From Tubiluchus corallicola (taxonomy: Eukaryota > Animalia > Priapulida), in assembly GCA_030141605.1 (NCBI GenBank), contig JAQGDQ010000921.1:16299-80298 (forward strand): a stretch of 64,000 nt of DNA, given 5' to 3'. A program made the translations under genes and the position numbers. The notes below the pieces were generated by a model. The model worked only from the letters and a program-made list of their open reading frames with translations, was not told the origin of the DNA and did no database searches. Numbering within the stretch: the stretch's first letter is position 1; each line of letters starts with the position of its first letter. Shown here in pieces: positions 1-13,886 of the stretch.

Positions 1-399
1 AATCTGGAAAGTGTTTACCTCAGAGTTAGCGTCAAATACGGAAAACTAACATGTATTAGTATTTCATTTCATTTAATTAATATGTTCCACATTTACGGAT
101 TACACATACAACATGTTTTTATTTATGGTAAACTTAAAAATAAAAAAATATTTTCTGAATTAGGCACCCCACAAAGTTGGCGCACAAGACAACTGCCTAG
201 TTTGCCTAGAGGGAGAGCCACCTTGTCGCTACGCAATAGGAAAATGACACGTACATATCATTTGAGCCAATTAACAAAAGTCATTGGAAATGCCTCATTG
301 TAAGAAGTAGCATTTAATGAATGTTAGCATATGTAATATGAGTTGCAACACGTGATGGTAGACATAATTTTTAAGGGGCTTATTGTAAGAAGTAACTTG

Positions 400-650
400 T
401 AGCTTGTAACTTTGCATGGAAAGTTTTTTGGGACATAGTTTAACATTTCCTTTCCTTCGCGTAATTTACGTTGCTCATATATGATTCATGCAATGGCCCG
501 TCGGAACAGTATCGCGGGAAATTTAAAATGAAAACAAAAAAAATCTTTCAACGCGAATTTGAATTACGTATAAAACTGCTATAATGTAATATAATTTTTA
601 AGGTAATTTTTCCGAAATCTACGTCAGGTACCCCTTTTCTTGTCCTTTAA
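400..650 (+). mobile_element. Kolobok-like MITE family A, partial (right end)
   Basis: Similar to copies at 8942, 12050 and 35639; ends CCCCTTTTCTTGTCCT-TTAA. Confidence 0.7.
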
Positions 651-1599
651 GTAAAATCCACGTAAAATAACTGAAGCTAGTGAGCTGATGCGGCACATAG
701 CCACGTGTCACGTGACTGTTGTAGTTAAGACGCATTACTGGGTTTCGTTTAACCTTTGACCTACAGTAGCTGCATGCGCACAACGAAACTCTGAAAAGGC
801 TTATTCGTCATGGTATATCAAATGTGACATAGGTGATCCAAATGTGACAAAAGATTTGAAAACAAATAAAATATTTTTTTAAGTTTTCATAAGTTTTTAA
901 GTTTTCGTAAATGGTAGGTGTGCAAACATTCCGACAAAGATATTCGGGAACAAAAACTTTGCCAACAAGACATTTGAAAACATACCATTCTGACAAAAGG
1001 TACTTTTGATACAGAGCTATTTCGACACATAGGTAATCTCGACTTTATTGACACATAGGTGTCATTTGAACAAAAGGCAAATTGGACGAATAGGAAATTT
1101 TGAAGAAAATGCGATCTATGAACATAAAGTCATTTGGACACAAATGAATTTACATTGACTGGTACTTCATCACATATGCACAGTAAATTGATGCGTAACA
1201 CTAGTTTTCTCTTGTTGTCCATATGTAAGAAACCCAAGTCCCATGTTTAGGATATTTTGTCTTATGATGGTTTAAATAAAATTTATGCAGTTGCACATGT
1301 GTGGTAGTAGCAGATGTTGAAAGTATAGTTACTTAATTTCGTTGTCATATTGTCTGTTATAAACACATGAGTTCTTGTCTAACAATGTTATTTTTAAGTT
1401 ATATAATTTTATATATGAGAACATTAGCTCCAATGTAGCCATTGTGTTGGTACCGTAGCTGTTTGTTGAAAGTATTGCAGTATTTATTTTATTCTTGAAC
1501 CCTAATAAAGCCATATCTTCTGTGCTTATAATGTGGAATATACCACTGAAATCACTGTGGAAAACCATGAATTCCATAAACCGGTGCGCTACAAGAAAA

Positions 1600-3660
1600 C
1601 CTATTGATTGGATTTTATGATGTTTGTGTCAAGGAGAAGAAAAGTCCAGGAAAGACTAAAGAATCTTGCAGTTTCTGAAAATTGAAACTGACTGTCCATT
1701 TTATTCACAGCAGAAGAAATTTTTGTTCATATTATTCGAAATTACTTATAAGCGCGAATGTCTGAATTTGATAATTTCTCACAGGCACTTTACATAAGGT
1801 AAACCTTGCCTTAGTTATAAAATCTGCCAAATTTATAAAAGGTGCTGCTATATGTTATATACAAGGCTAATTATATGCTTTAATAAAAACCATGCTTTTA
1901 AATGTTTTCTAAATGTAATCAGATTTTCATGCTGCCTGATATGCCTTGATAAAGTACTCCAGCGGCTTTCTTTTGTCAGCAATTTTAGATGTATTCATTG
2001 TTCAGCACAAAACTACATTTAGAACTAATAAAATTTTTCATGCCTTGTCGTGCGTTAAGATCTAGCAATGATCGTCCACGTCTTCAGACTCACAACAGAA
2101 AATAGACCACTGAAGTTGATGAAGGCTTTCCTTTAACACATCAATTATGTGGAATACTTTTGTCAGTTGGAGGACCTAAATGATGTGCGTAGTGGTTTCG
2201 AAATGGCATTCCAAGTATGTGGAGGTAATCTGATGGTAGCATGTTTTTCCAGGCAAACGTCTTTTCCTCTGGTATTGCAGCATCTCTTCTAGATGGAAAA
2301 AAATCAAGGGTACTCAGCACTCCTACCAGCTTACACTTGACTGACGTCACATTCTACAGATTCAGGCATATAATGACTACTGCCAAGAAGGATATAGAAC
2401 TTCAGGAATATCTTCTGATCAACTACCACTTTGTCCAAGATCAGCGTGCCGGCGATTGGTTACTGATCTTGTGTATATGTATCGAACTGGTTCTTTGGTG
2501 TTGGACTCACAAACTGTGCATGGCACGTCTAAGACTTTCATTCAAGTATCCATGAGAGAAATTAATTGGTATCATGGCAATAGATAAAAGGTAGGGTCAT
2601 ATCATAAAGTACCTTAAGGAAGACACGGATCATATGATCAGCCAGAAGTGAGGGAGATCATTGTCAAATGCTGAGGTGCTTAGAATCATTGATGAATTTA
2701 AAAATGCCAGATATTCTGGATAAAGCAAAAAACTTAGAACACACAGAAAATTTATCTGCAGAGTAGAAAATGTTGCCGTAGGCATCTCAAAACTCTTATT
2801 AGTCAAATCCTTCAACGAAACATGGCCAGACCTTATCACGCTGGGCACTGAAGAAGTTATGAACGATGCAAAATGTTTAAAGGCGGCTCCAATCATTGGC
2901 AGATCGATGCACAAGAAAAATTGACCAATTAATAATTGGAAAAGCTCAAACCCTTATCTCATGTCATTCTAAGAATCATTTTGTACACCTTCATCAAAGT
3001 GGCCATCTGTTAGTCTGAGGAAAGGTGTTAAAGTTACAACAGTTAAAATGCATCAGTCATCATAAGCTGCTTGCACTTTGGAAGCACGACATGACATGAT
3101 GGTGACCTAGACGAGTTATTTGAAATTGAATTGGGAACTAGGAAAATATTCTCATGGTACCGTTACCTCACCACAAGAGCAGCTGATATAATAGAATTGT
3201 CTCCATGCTAATATGAAGAAGCTACGTGAATGATGCTATTTTCAGAGGTACAAGCATCCGGATTAAGAACAATGGAGACAAATGCGGTTGTTCTAAAGAT
3301 GCCTTTACTTGAGTCAGCTGTCAGAATTTTTTAAAGAAATTTCAATTCATACATATCAGGTAAACAGCTACGTCAGATCTGTGAAACACTTTCTTTCCTG
3401 TCGACTATGCAGGATGTGAAGTAACGTCAGTTATGTTTACAAAAGGCAAACAGAAAGGTGTTAAGCGTGAGATACTCTTCCTCAGGTTGCAGGAACTTTG
3501 ATTACCATTAACAATCACCAGGCAAGTTTCACAATTGAATTTGCATACAAGTGCTGTCTGGAAAACCTGACAATGTTCCGTTAATCTATGGCAAAAACGT
3601 TGACGACTGTTAATATAGCTGGGAAACTCTTCTTCACTCACGGTTTAAAATCACTTGATT
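1600..3660 (+). mobile_element. Heavily degenerate Academ-type DNA transposase relic
   Basis: Frame-switching translation gives, in order, FQANVFSSGIAASLL (~2245), WFFGVGLTNCAW (~2488), AEVLRIIDEF, SFNETWPDLITLGTEEVM, DGDLDELFEIE (~3098) and GKQKGVKREI. These are colinear with remembered Academ motifs (SSGTADSFL, WFFALDHTNYARW, PEVARLIEEF, NPFxExxxDL, RDGDLDEFF, RGKGVRR). Many stops; no TIRs found; boundaries approximate. Confidence 0.55.
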
Positions 3661-4419
3661 CTAACCCACCATGTTGTTTTGTTTCAGCGGCAGTGACTAG
3701 TAATGTAAGTAAGAATAATATTATATATATATATTTTTTGAACCGCCACCTGGGCTTCGTTTGGGCTTGCAGGTACAGAGGCGGAGCAGCCTAATGGCTT
3801 CCACATGACCACAATTAAATAATGCTGACTATTGTTGCCTTCTAGCTTGAAAGAGATTTAAATATTGCAGGGCCTGAACAAACTGCGACAAGATTTTAGA
3901 AAAATCGAAGAAATGCAGAACAAGGAAATAAAGTAAAGAAACTGGTACCTAATAATAATATTAATAACTGGTGGTAAGAGGAGAACTCTAAGTCTGACCA
4001 AACAACTCCAACTAGAGAAATTTTTACCCTCTCTTTATAACCTTCCCAAGCTAGCGTACGTGTCTGAGGCTGAGCCAACATGAAACCTGATTGGTTGAAA
4101 GCAAAGGATGTGGCGACTTAGGCAATAAGAACTGAAATATTGTTGAATAATTCAGCAGACTGAAGTTTGAACTACTGGTACTTTTAGGGGTGACATGTAA
4201 CACTAGTTTGGTAACCATGCCATACTTTGGAGTAAAGGTAGAGGTTCTACTGAGTGGGCCTCCCAAGTACCTTCGCTACAATATATATAGTAGGTATATT
4301 CTAGTCTGGATCTCACCTAGGTATTGAAAGTCATTTATAATTTTTATTTAGTCATTTTTTGTTGGTGTTGCACATCTCATTCTTGCCTTTTTAAATTAAT
4401 TTTGCATTGCCTTTGCTGC

Positions 4420-4750
4420 CCTTATTTCACAACATATTTTCTGATGTGTTCTGGAACAGGCAAAGTTTTCCATTATTGAAGCCATTATTTGTAGGCATCA
4501 GCTTTTTTGGACTGGACTGGACATCATCGGAGAATACCAGAAGAGCTTCTCAATATGGTCAGAAGAAGCATTACAAAGATGTCAGGTAAGCACGTTAAGC
4601 ACGTGTGAAGAGGTGTAATGTCAGCCCTAGCACCTGGGAAGAGAATGCCAAGGTTTATAAAAGTGGCATCATCTAATTTGGGAAGCCATTCTAAAGAACG
4701 TTGCTGTGCTCACATTGATGAGAAAAGGCAACAGCAAAGCAAAGAGAGTA
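4420..4750 (+). mobile_element. RTE-clade LINE 3' fragment
   Basis: Degenerate translation DVLEQAKFSIIEAIICRHQLFWTG...GQKKHYKDV...CNVSPSTWEENA...EKRQQ matches the RTE/BovB ORF C-terminus (EVLERA...RLRWAGH...GQKKRYKD...TWE). Confidence 0.65.
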
Positions 4751-4774
4751 GCTGAGTCAGGTTACGTTATCACA

Positions 4775-5960
4775 CTACAAACTACCTCAGACTCAAATAG
4801 ACTCCAGCTGCCACAAGTTACTACCTCCCACTACAACATACAAACTACCTCACACTAAAATAGACTCTAGTTGTGACAGATTACTACGTGACACTACAAT
4901 ATGTAAACTGCCTCAGACTAAAATAGACTTCAGCTGCAACAGGTTACTACCTCCCACTACAACATGTAAACTACCTCAGACTAAAATAGACTTTAGCTGC
5001 GACAGATTACTACCTGCCACTACAACATGTAAACTGCCTCAGACTAAAATAGACTTCAGCTGCGACAGATTACTACCTGCCATTACAACATGCAAACTAC
5101 CTCAGACTAAAATAGATTTCAGCTGTGACAGATTACTACCTCCCACTACAACATGTAAACTACCTCAGACTAAAATAGACTTCAGCTGCGACAGATTACT
5201 ACCTCCCACTACAACATGTAAACTACCTCAGACTAAAATAGACTTTAGCTGCGACAGATTACTACCTGCCACTACAACATGTAAACTACCTCAGACTAAA
5301 ATAGATTTCAGCTGCGACAGATTACTACCTCCCACTACAACATGTAAACTACCTCAGACTAAAATAGACTTCAGCTGCGACAGATTACTACCTCCCACTA
5401 CAACATGTAAACTACCTCAGACTAAAATAGACTTTAGCTGCGACAGATTACTACCTGCCACTACAACATGTAAACTACCTCAGACTAAAATAGATTTCAG
5501 CTGCGACAGATTACTACCTCCCACTACAACATGTAAACTACCTCAGACTAAAATAGACTTCAGCTGCGACAGATTACTACCTCCCACTACAACATGTAAA
5601 CCACCTCAGACTAAAATAGATTTTAGCTGCGACTGATTACTACCTGCCACTACAACACGTAAACTACCTCAGACTAAAATAGACTTCAGCTGCTACAGAT
5701 TACTACCTCCCACTACAACATGTAAACTACCTCAGACTAAAATAGACTTCAGCTGCGACAGATTACCTCCTGCCACTACAACATGTAAACTACCTCGGCT
5801 ACAATAGACTCCAGCTGCAGCAGAACTACCACCCACTACAACATGTAAACTAAGACTTCCTCAGGTTGCATCCACTGACTACAAGTTGTAAACTGCGTCA
5901 GACTACAATAGACTGCAGATACATTAATTACTACCTGGTCATGCACTACCTCAGACTACA
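4775..5960. repeat. 63-bp minisatellite, ~17-18 copies, 3-unit higher-order structure
   Basis: Unit ACTACAACATGTAAACTACCTCAGACTAAAATAGACTTCAGCTGCGACAGATTACTACCTCCC; homogeneous core, decayed edges. Confidence 0.95.
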
Positions 5961-8144
5961 ACTTGTAACATATGTATGTTGGATTGAATGTTACACATTG
6001 GACTGTATAGTCATCAAAGAACATGTTAGATGAAATAACCATATATGCACCAATCACTAATTCTGCATTGACACCATCATTGCAACAAAAGATTACCAGA
6101 CTGATACATGAAGTTTTCTTGGGAATCTCCATGTTTAATTCGTGTTATCTGGGAAGCACAGAAATCTGGAGTCATGAAACTTGCAGAGAAGACAAGTGGG
6201 ATCAGACAATAATTTAGTGAACATTGATCGCTTTTAAAAAGAACTGTCACGATTATTACATATCAGTCTTCTCAAGTGGCTACCTGACCGCTGGGCTATC
6301 AACTGCTAGTGCCACTAACCTACCAATAATCAAAGGCTTGCACTTTCTGTGTAGTGTCTTCTACTAGCAGTTAAATCAGCAGTATATTTTTGCAATAAGA
6401 AAATTCATGAATAAGAAGCTGGAGAAAAATAATTACAAGTGGCTGTGGCACATTTGGAAATGTCCAAAGAAAGGTCACGAGAGGCGGCAATGTGACGTGT
6501 AAACAGTAGGGAGTTTAGGATCTAGTGAAGCTTTAGGGTTAGGACTTTTGGACCCAAATGGAATTCTTGATTGCGCTACATATAGAAATTATTTACTGCA
6601 CAAATCACATTTTTCAACACGAATTTTCATCATACTACAGATAGACATTATTTACATGACGCTGTTCTTTGCTCAAATCCGGATGAGGTGCTTCTTTCAC
6701 TGATCAGATTATATAACTGGAATTCCTGTTCATACTACAGAGCCCAAGCCTTTAAATAATTGGAATAATTCTGCAACATTTATTCTAAACTATATCATAT
6801 AAATAAATAAATAATCTTCATTATATAAGTGTACTTATGTGCAGACATATATTTTTGAATACATATTGCTGAGGACATAATGCTGAAATATTAATATTTA
6901 AAGTAAAAATACACTAGATTTTACTGCTACAAGCACGGTTTATTCAATGATTTGATACAATTTTGTAGTCCTCACTACTTAAAAGACAAAATACAAGTTA
7001 GTTGATATTGGATTTTAGGGATAAAAGTAGATCGAATCACAAGTACAACATCAAATATGTCTCAGAAAGTCCTAGAAACTGTTTGCTGTTCAACTCGATG
7101 GGCAAAACCAACAAAAAATTGTTATCAAAATTTTCGATGATGACCATTTTGAATTTTAGATTTTGTAACAGTTTGCATGCATTTTTGCGAGTAACAATGG
7201 GCCAAATTTGTTTTCGTCTTCAGAGAAAACAAATTCACTGAGAATAGAACCTTTGCTCCCAATAGTCATGAAACTACTGAAAATTTCTCAACCAGCATTG
7301 ACTGCTCATACAGCATGATGTGAGACATGATGAACTGGTGTCAACCAGTCAACTGATGTTGGTCAACTAAACAACTTGGCTTCTATAGAAGACAAGGTTA
7401 TCCTAATAAATGTTTAAACGAGCATTACTAAGTTTACTAAGTTGTGCCTATTATCTTTCTAGTTTAGTACTGAGGGATAGCATCATAGATTTAATGTAAT
7501 GGGCCCCTTTGTCTAGTAAAACTCTTTTTGTGGGTACTTTCAAACAAGTGGAAAGAACGTTTTGGTAAAGACTATTCACATATAGATAAATCAGTTACAC
7601 TTTTGGGTGACAGACGTTTTTGTAAAGTGCAGTGGTCTCATAACTCAGCCTGCTAAATAATGTTGCAGTCTTAATATTCAAAATATCAGTGGATCCCAGA
7701 GAATTAGTATGTAGCAAATCGCAAACAGTTAGTTCCATGTTGGGCTTACTGAGAGATGTCTTTATTTTATAAAAGGAAAAATAGGCAAAAATTTGCTGTA
7801 AACTAAGCTTACCGAGGTTTAAGCAAAACTTATAACTCAAGTTGCGACATGAAAACTAACATAAAAAATTGCATTTTTTCACCACCATCACAGGTAAGTT
7901 TGCAAAAAAAGGCGCTAAATGTCTTCAAACCAGCCAATGACCCAAACTACAAGCAATCTCTATCTCTAGCAAGCTTTCTCTATCAACTCCGTGGCGCCCT
8001 CCTGTGGGAAAAGTAAAAAACAAATTTTGGCTAAACCGTCAACCAAATCCACAGATCGCAAGCCTCGCTTAGCCCCGCCCATCTTGATGAAGTAACACAC
8101 ATTCTCACAAACTCGCTCATAGCAAGTGCTTACAGCATGTAAAA

Positions 8145-8430
8145 ATATGGTACTAATAAGTTTGGTACAGGCAAATTTGGTCCTAGTAATTCTGATACGA
8201 GGAAACTTTGTTAGTGGGAAAATTTGCCACTAGGAATTTTTGGTAGAGGGAAAAGACATACTGGTAAAATTTAATGCAGTATTGGCGAAGTTTTTCAAGC
8301 ATTTCTGGTACAAATAAATCAGTACAAGGTAAAAATGATACGGAACAAGTTTGGTACTGGAAAAGTTTAATTGGTACTAGGAAAATTTGGTACAGAGAAG
8401 ATATAGTACAAGGAAAGTTTGATACTATGA
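8145..8430 (+). repeat. Degenerate ~15-17-bp subrepeat array (AAATTTGGTACTAG-like), probably a MITE interior
   Basis: Recurrent TTTGGTAC motifs; related array at 33325-33520. Confidence 0.55.
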
Positions 8431-8941
8431 AAATATCTTTTACAAAACCTACAAACTTATCATACATTTAAAATCATACTAGACATATGAATTATCAGTC
8501 TAAAAGGGTTATATAAGCAATTAGGGTTTAAACAACATAAGGTAGTTACGCCAGATAAACTGTGAAAAATAATTAAAAGTTCTGCCAAATACGTAGAGGT
8601 CAAGCTTAACAAACATTAATGCAACACATGTAGTAGCCTTTGGCAATGTCTTGTATAAAGTCTTTAATGAAAAAATTGGAAACTAATTACGTAATTACGT
8701 TTTAACTAATTTTAATTACGAAACTGAGAGAGATTTTTTGAGCAGCAGATTTGTTTAATTTTTTGGCTTGGAGAAACTTATAAATCTGACTGTTTCTACA
8801 CTTTTCAGGCACTAGATGTATGCATTACTACTATTCAGGCATAATGTGTCATTACTATAATGTCTCAGTGTACTAAAGCTAGACATTTTAGTTGCAGAAA
8901 TCTTGTATGGCTGGAGAAAAAACAAATATACACACTTGACC

Positions 8942-9564
8942 TTGAAGCACAAGAAAACCTTAAAAAATTCTAATGAAATTCATACATAAACTTACATACT
9001 GCCCTTTTACATGCAGGACTTAAATCAGCAGTCACGCTGTATAAAACATGTAAATTTAAACTTCCGCTATGACCGTTAGAAGCAGACATTTTGACGACAC
9101 GTCTTTTGAAACACTTTTAGAGCATTCGTAGTGCACCCGTCACTAAGCGAGTAAAATTTTAAATTACTGCATCTTCTGAATAAGATTAAAAAACGTTTTT
9201 GGTGAGTGGGTGGTGCACCCTGAGTTAGCGACATTTTACCAATTGGTGAAAACATTTTACATAATTAAAAATTTCATTTTCTAGTTACATAAGTCTTTCC
9301 AACAGGTAAGCAAAATGCTAAGTAATATAGATTTGCGTGGAAAGTTTTTTGAGACATAATTTAGTATTGCCTTTGCTTCCCCTAATTTACGTTGTGCGTA
9401 GTGACGTCACGTAATGGCGACTTCGGAACAGTATTGCCGGAGATTTAAAATAAAAGCAAACAAAATTTTTTTCAATGCAAGTACGATGTGCGCATAAATT
9501 GCTATAAAGTAATGTAATTTTTAAGGCGATTTTTCTGAAACCTACTTCTTTTCTTGTCCTTTAA
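8942..9564 (+). mobile_element. Kolobok-like MITE family A
   Basis: Begins TTGA-AGCACAAGAAAACC, ends TTTTCTTGTCCT-TTAA; interior similar to the other copies. Confidence 0.75.
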
Positions 9565-10634
9565 CTCTCGCAGTATATTTCGATGCATTTTCTGCTTGTG
9601 TTTGTGAGCCGCTTTTCTTGCGCAACTCAGGTGAAGGAGGAGACAAGAGAAAAAGAGAGCTAATTTGACGTCGCCAGGCGGACCCCTGCTGGTTGATTGA
9701 CGTTTTGCGATCTGTGTATTATGGGTAATTTGCCTATAACAACGTATGCTTTCTGATATGTTTTATGTTTTAGAAAAATTGCCATTGCTGAGAATTGAAG
9801 AGAAATACTTTGATTTTATCACTTTGCTTGTCACTGATAAACGGGAGTTCGATATTACGACGTTTTTTGTCACTATATTTGTCACTATTTTGTCACTATT
9901 ATAACCTATATGCCAAAAAATACACTGGCATTTAGGTTATAATAACATAAGAAAAAGTGTACTAAAAAGCTAAAATTTCATGGTATGGCATTAAGCTACA
10001 TTAGTGTTAGCTGTTAACGTTGCAAGTTTATAGCTCTGGTAGTTTTTACGTTATGGACAGTTAAACACGCTTCTCCATTTTAAAATTTTAAATACCAGAA
10101 CAATGTCAGCTAATCATCAATAGAAAAACAGCAACTTTGACGTACAAAGCACTCAGTAATGGAACAAAACGATAAAGAAATCAGGCAGTTTATGTCATCG
10201 TGTCATCACCACAGAAAATAAAGCAATGATAAATATTTAGTGTCAGGAGAAATGGGAACTTTGTCCCCTGGACAATAGTAACTGGTATTCTATGATGGAC
10301 AGTGGACAAAGCTCTGATTTGAGCTTAACATTAAAAAATGCTTCAGCGAGTACCCTAGGCTCCCCATTACCGGCGTGTAGCTTCACTTTGCCCACATGTA
10401 AATGCAGAGAGAGTCACACATGCGCAGTTTCGTTCCTTATGGGACGACACTTCCGCTTTCTTCCCCAATTTTTCCTTTTTCTCAAAGTATCTGTGCGGCG
10501 CTAATTTGAAGTGTTTCAATGCCAACCAAAGTGAAACGCGCAAGTTTGTAAAGCCACTTTTTTGTATCACGCTAGTCAGTACTGAATTTTGACAGCAAGT
10601 GCCCACCAGTATGTCAGTGGACCTTTAAAGAGAC

Positions 10635-11040
10635 AACAATATTTTGCCTATCAGAAACTTTGCTTTTATTTTCTTCTACTTTTCTTTCTTTTCTGCTTTC
10701 CCTTCCCCTTTTTTCTCAACGTTCATCATCACTCTCACAAGTTTACTAATACATCGGTGAAAGATGGTAGCAACAATGACGCTGGTAGTAGCAGATACAG
10801 GTGGCAGTGGCATGACGGTGGCAGTGGCATTGGTGGCGGTGGTGGTGGTGGTGGGGGTTGTCACAACAGTTATGATGGCAGCAATGGCAACAGTTACAAT
10901 AGAGGTGGTGGTGATGTAGTAACAACCATACTATAATAACATTGCAGTGCCTATAGCAGTAGCAACTTTTTATTTTACTAAAATATCCTTGCGCGCCAAC
11001 TGGAATACAAATTGCACGGCAGTGAAGTTGTTAAATAATT
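10635..11040 (+). repeat. Dispersed ~400-bp repeat with a GGT/GGC-rich core
   Basis: Reverse-complement copy at 58655-59075. Confidence 0.85.
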
Positions 11041-11329
11041 TTAAATTTAGCTTAGATTGTAGCCCAAACTGTGATGTTATCATAGCTGACAACATTTTTC
11101 TTTTTACCGCAAGGACACAGTTTACACTTCAAACTTTCTTAGATAAACTTCGGGGCAGATAACTGCGTGAAAGAAATTTCGAGTAACACACCACAGATTG
11201 TTAGAGATGTTAAGTTAGTAATAGTTAAACTGCTGAACTGACAGACAAAAATACCGTTTAATAATGACAAACATATTAACAGAATTCAAGATTTTCTCTT
11301 AAATACAATTTTTCGTGATGGCCGTTTTT

Positions 11330-11490
11330 GGTTCGCTATAATATTTATGTGCTCCTTGCAAATCAAAGAACACTAAGAGTTCAATGCTGTTTGCCTTGTT
11401 AACAATGAATTTTGCTTGGAATTCTATTGTTGCAGAAGTACAATTACAAGCCAAACAATAAAAGTACTGAATTTTGTGCAAACACCCGCC
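11330..11490 (-). mobile_element. CR1/L2-type LINE reverse-transcriptase fragment
   Basis: Minus strand reads IQYF...TSATIEFQAKFIVN...LLVFFDLQGA, resembling the QYGF...ST...FLDLSKAFD region of LINE RT. Confidence 0.45.
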
Positions 11491-12049
11491 ACCCCACAAC
11501 AGTCATTCAGTCGTGTTGATTCGTCTATATGTAATTAGTCTCATGTAAATGTTCATTCAAAACATTAAGAAATGAGATTTAGTAATAATGGAAGATATTA
11601 CTTTAAAATTCTAATGCCTTTCTTCAACACTAAATACTCTGCTACGTTTATATTGTTTAGTCTCAACAGATGTCCCCAGAATCCCGTGTGCGGTAACTTC
11701 CCTCTCTTCTATGCTAGCCCATTTCGCTCTCAGGTGGCGAAGTCAGAGTACAACACACTGACTGTCTTACAGTAGCAATGTTTTCGTTTTCGCAAACACG
11801 CGCAACAAGCTCGTCGAATTTTTTGCTGTTGAAAATTATGATCGTTTGTGATGTCATGAATTGATAGGCTAGCCCACCGTTAATTAAGTTTTTAAACTAT
11901 TTTTTAATTATGATAGACACTTTTACAGTGCTAATTCTTTTAAATGAGACTTGAAAATCTGGTAGTATATGAAAAATCATCCTTTAAGTTTAACAAAAGC
12001 TGGTCTGTTTTTATCTCTACTGTTTCGCTTGAATCTTAATATGAAATCT

Positions 12050-12659
12050 ATAAAGCACAAAAAACACCCCTCTTACATAAAACTTAAAAAATCGTCTTCA
12101 CATTTGATACCAGTTACATACTGCCTTTTTGCATGTAGGGCTTGCGTCAGCAGTAACGCTGTATAAAACATGCAACTTTAAAATCCCGCAACGACCGTTA
12201 GACGATGCCATTTTGACGATAAGTCGTTTGAAACAAGTTTAGATAACACAGAGTAAAGTTTGAAAAAATAATCAAAGCACTCGTAGCGCACATAACTAAC
12301 TAAGTAAAATTTACTGTATCTTGTAAACAAGATTAGAAATAAGTTTGTTGGTTAGTGAGTGGTGCACCCTGGAGGTGAGTCAACGACATTTTACTAATTG
12401 GCACGAACATTTTAAATAATTATTTGCAGTTACATAAGTCTTTGATACGGATAAGCGAAATGCTAAGTAATGTAACTTTGCATGGAAATTTTTTTGAGAC
12501 ATAATTTAACATTTCCTTTTCTTCCCATGATTTATGAAAGCAATCTAATATTCCTTTGAACGCGAGTACGACATGCGCATAAAACTGCTATAAAGTAAAA
12601 CAATTTTTAAGGCGATTTTGCTGTAACCTGCCCCGGGTACCCCTTTTCTTGTCCTTTAA
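12050..12659 (+). mobile_element. Kolobok-like MITE family A
   Basis: ATAA-AGCACAAAAAAC ... CTTTTCTTGTCCT-TTAA. Confidence 0.75.
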
Positions 12660-12677
12660 AGGACTTGATTTTATTAT

Positions 12678-13874
12678 TGTGACAAACCAACTATTATTTA
12701 CGATAGTTTTGTTTACTTGTTTGTCACCTTTTCATTTCACAGTTAAGTTGTTTATAGAGATAGCTGTAGCACTTGCTAGTGTAATTTGCTTGCATTATAG
12801 TAATCACTATAGTAGTACTGTATTGTTAGTCTAATTATTGTAATAGTACAGGAGTCACTCACTAACAACCCCCCCCCCTCGTCATGTGGTTGTGTTCTGC
12901 AATACCTGCGATACTCGCGGCTTATTTCAAATGTGTGAAACCTGTACAGGTATGAAGTGTACATGATACATACTTTACAGCTATAGTCTGAGACGTGCAA
13001 CCTGGCAGTCAGTCGGCCGTTATTGAAAGGCCTAGGTCACGTAAAATGACCATCGTTTGATCTTCACATGTCTGTGAACAGACAGTCAGAAATGTCGATT
13101 AGCATCGTCGATGTTATAGTGCAGTAGACATCACTATTTCTTCTGTCAACAGCCATTGTTTACAGTGCTGACGGGTCTATGTCGAATACGTTGCTTTGGT
13201 TTGATGAGGTGATTACCGTTACTGTCATTGTCCGAGGATTCGTTCAAACCTGAAGTCACGCTAAAGTTTATGGTGGACAGTCCACTGTTGGTGGAGCAAA
13301 CTATAGTTGGTAAATCCATGGATGTTACCCCACAGGTTAGCAGCTGCCGTTTCACACAATGTTCATGGAGTGTCTGGTAAGACAAGACTTTTGTACTTTT
13401 GCTCAGCGTTTGTTAGCTAGCATTATTCTGTTTGTATATGGTCATCGTTGGATTGCCGTCATCATTTGCACGTGCTGCCCCCACTAACACCTCCCCTCTC
13501 TAATATTAGACTAGAGAATATATTTGCTTTATTTGCTGTACTGTGATTGATTGTTATTGTTAACTATTTCTTTTCTCCTGGTTAGAATCAGTTAAAGTAG
13601 TAATCAATTAAATTTTGTTATACACAGCTTAATAGTTGGTTTGGTATTCTATCTACCATCGAATATTACTAGCTCATTAAGACTCCTAGGCTTGGGTTCC
13701 GCGTGCCCTCGTATGAAACAACAAAGCCTTAGCCCGACTCCAGGATTCTAGTAGTAAATTATCTAACACTATAGAACCCCAGAACCACGTGTTACACCTA
13801 GTTTATAGGGCGGTCGTGCCTGCTTTTCGTGACATTGAGAATCAGAGTATGTTACCTATAGACGTGGCGTCACA
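12678..13874 (+). mobile_element. Gypsy 5' LTR (~1.2 kb)
   Basis: Termini TGTGAC...GTCACA (6-bp inverted); followed after 2 nt by a PBS; inverted copy at 15747-16769. Confidence 0.8.
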
Positions 13875-13876
13875 AG

Positions 13877-13886
13877 TGGTGGCAGC
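13877..13886 (+). promoter_or_regulatory. Primer-binding site (tRNA-Leu-like)
   Basis: TGGTGGCAGC 2 nt after the LTR end; matches the start of the tRNA-Leu complement TGGTGGCAGCGGTGGGAT. Confidence 0.65.

Noticed and set aside
6533-6543. Telomeric TTAGGG repeats
   Set aside because: Only about two units here and at ~50925; not an array.
10589-10936. Gly-rich secreted peptide ORF
   Set aside because: Low-complexity repeat; the frame is not preserved in the copy at 58.7-59.1 kb.
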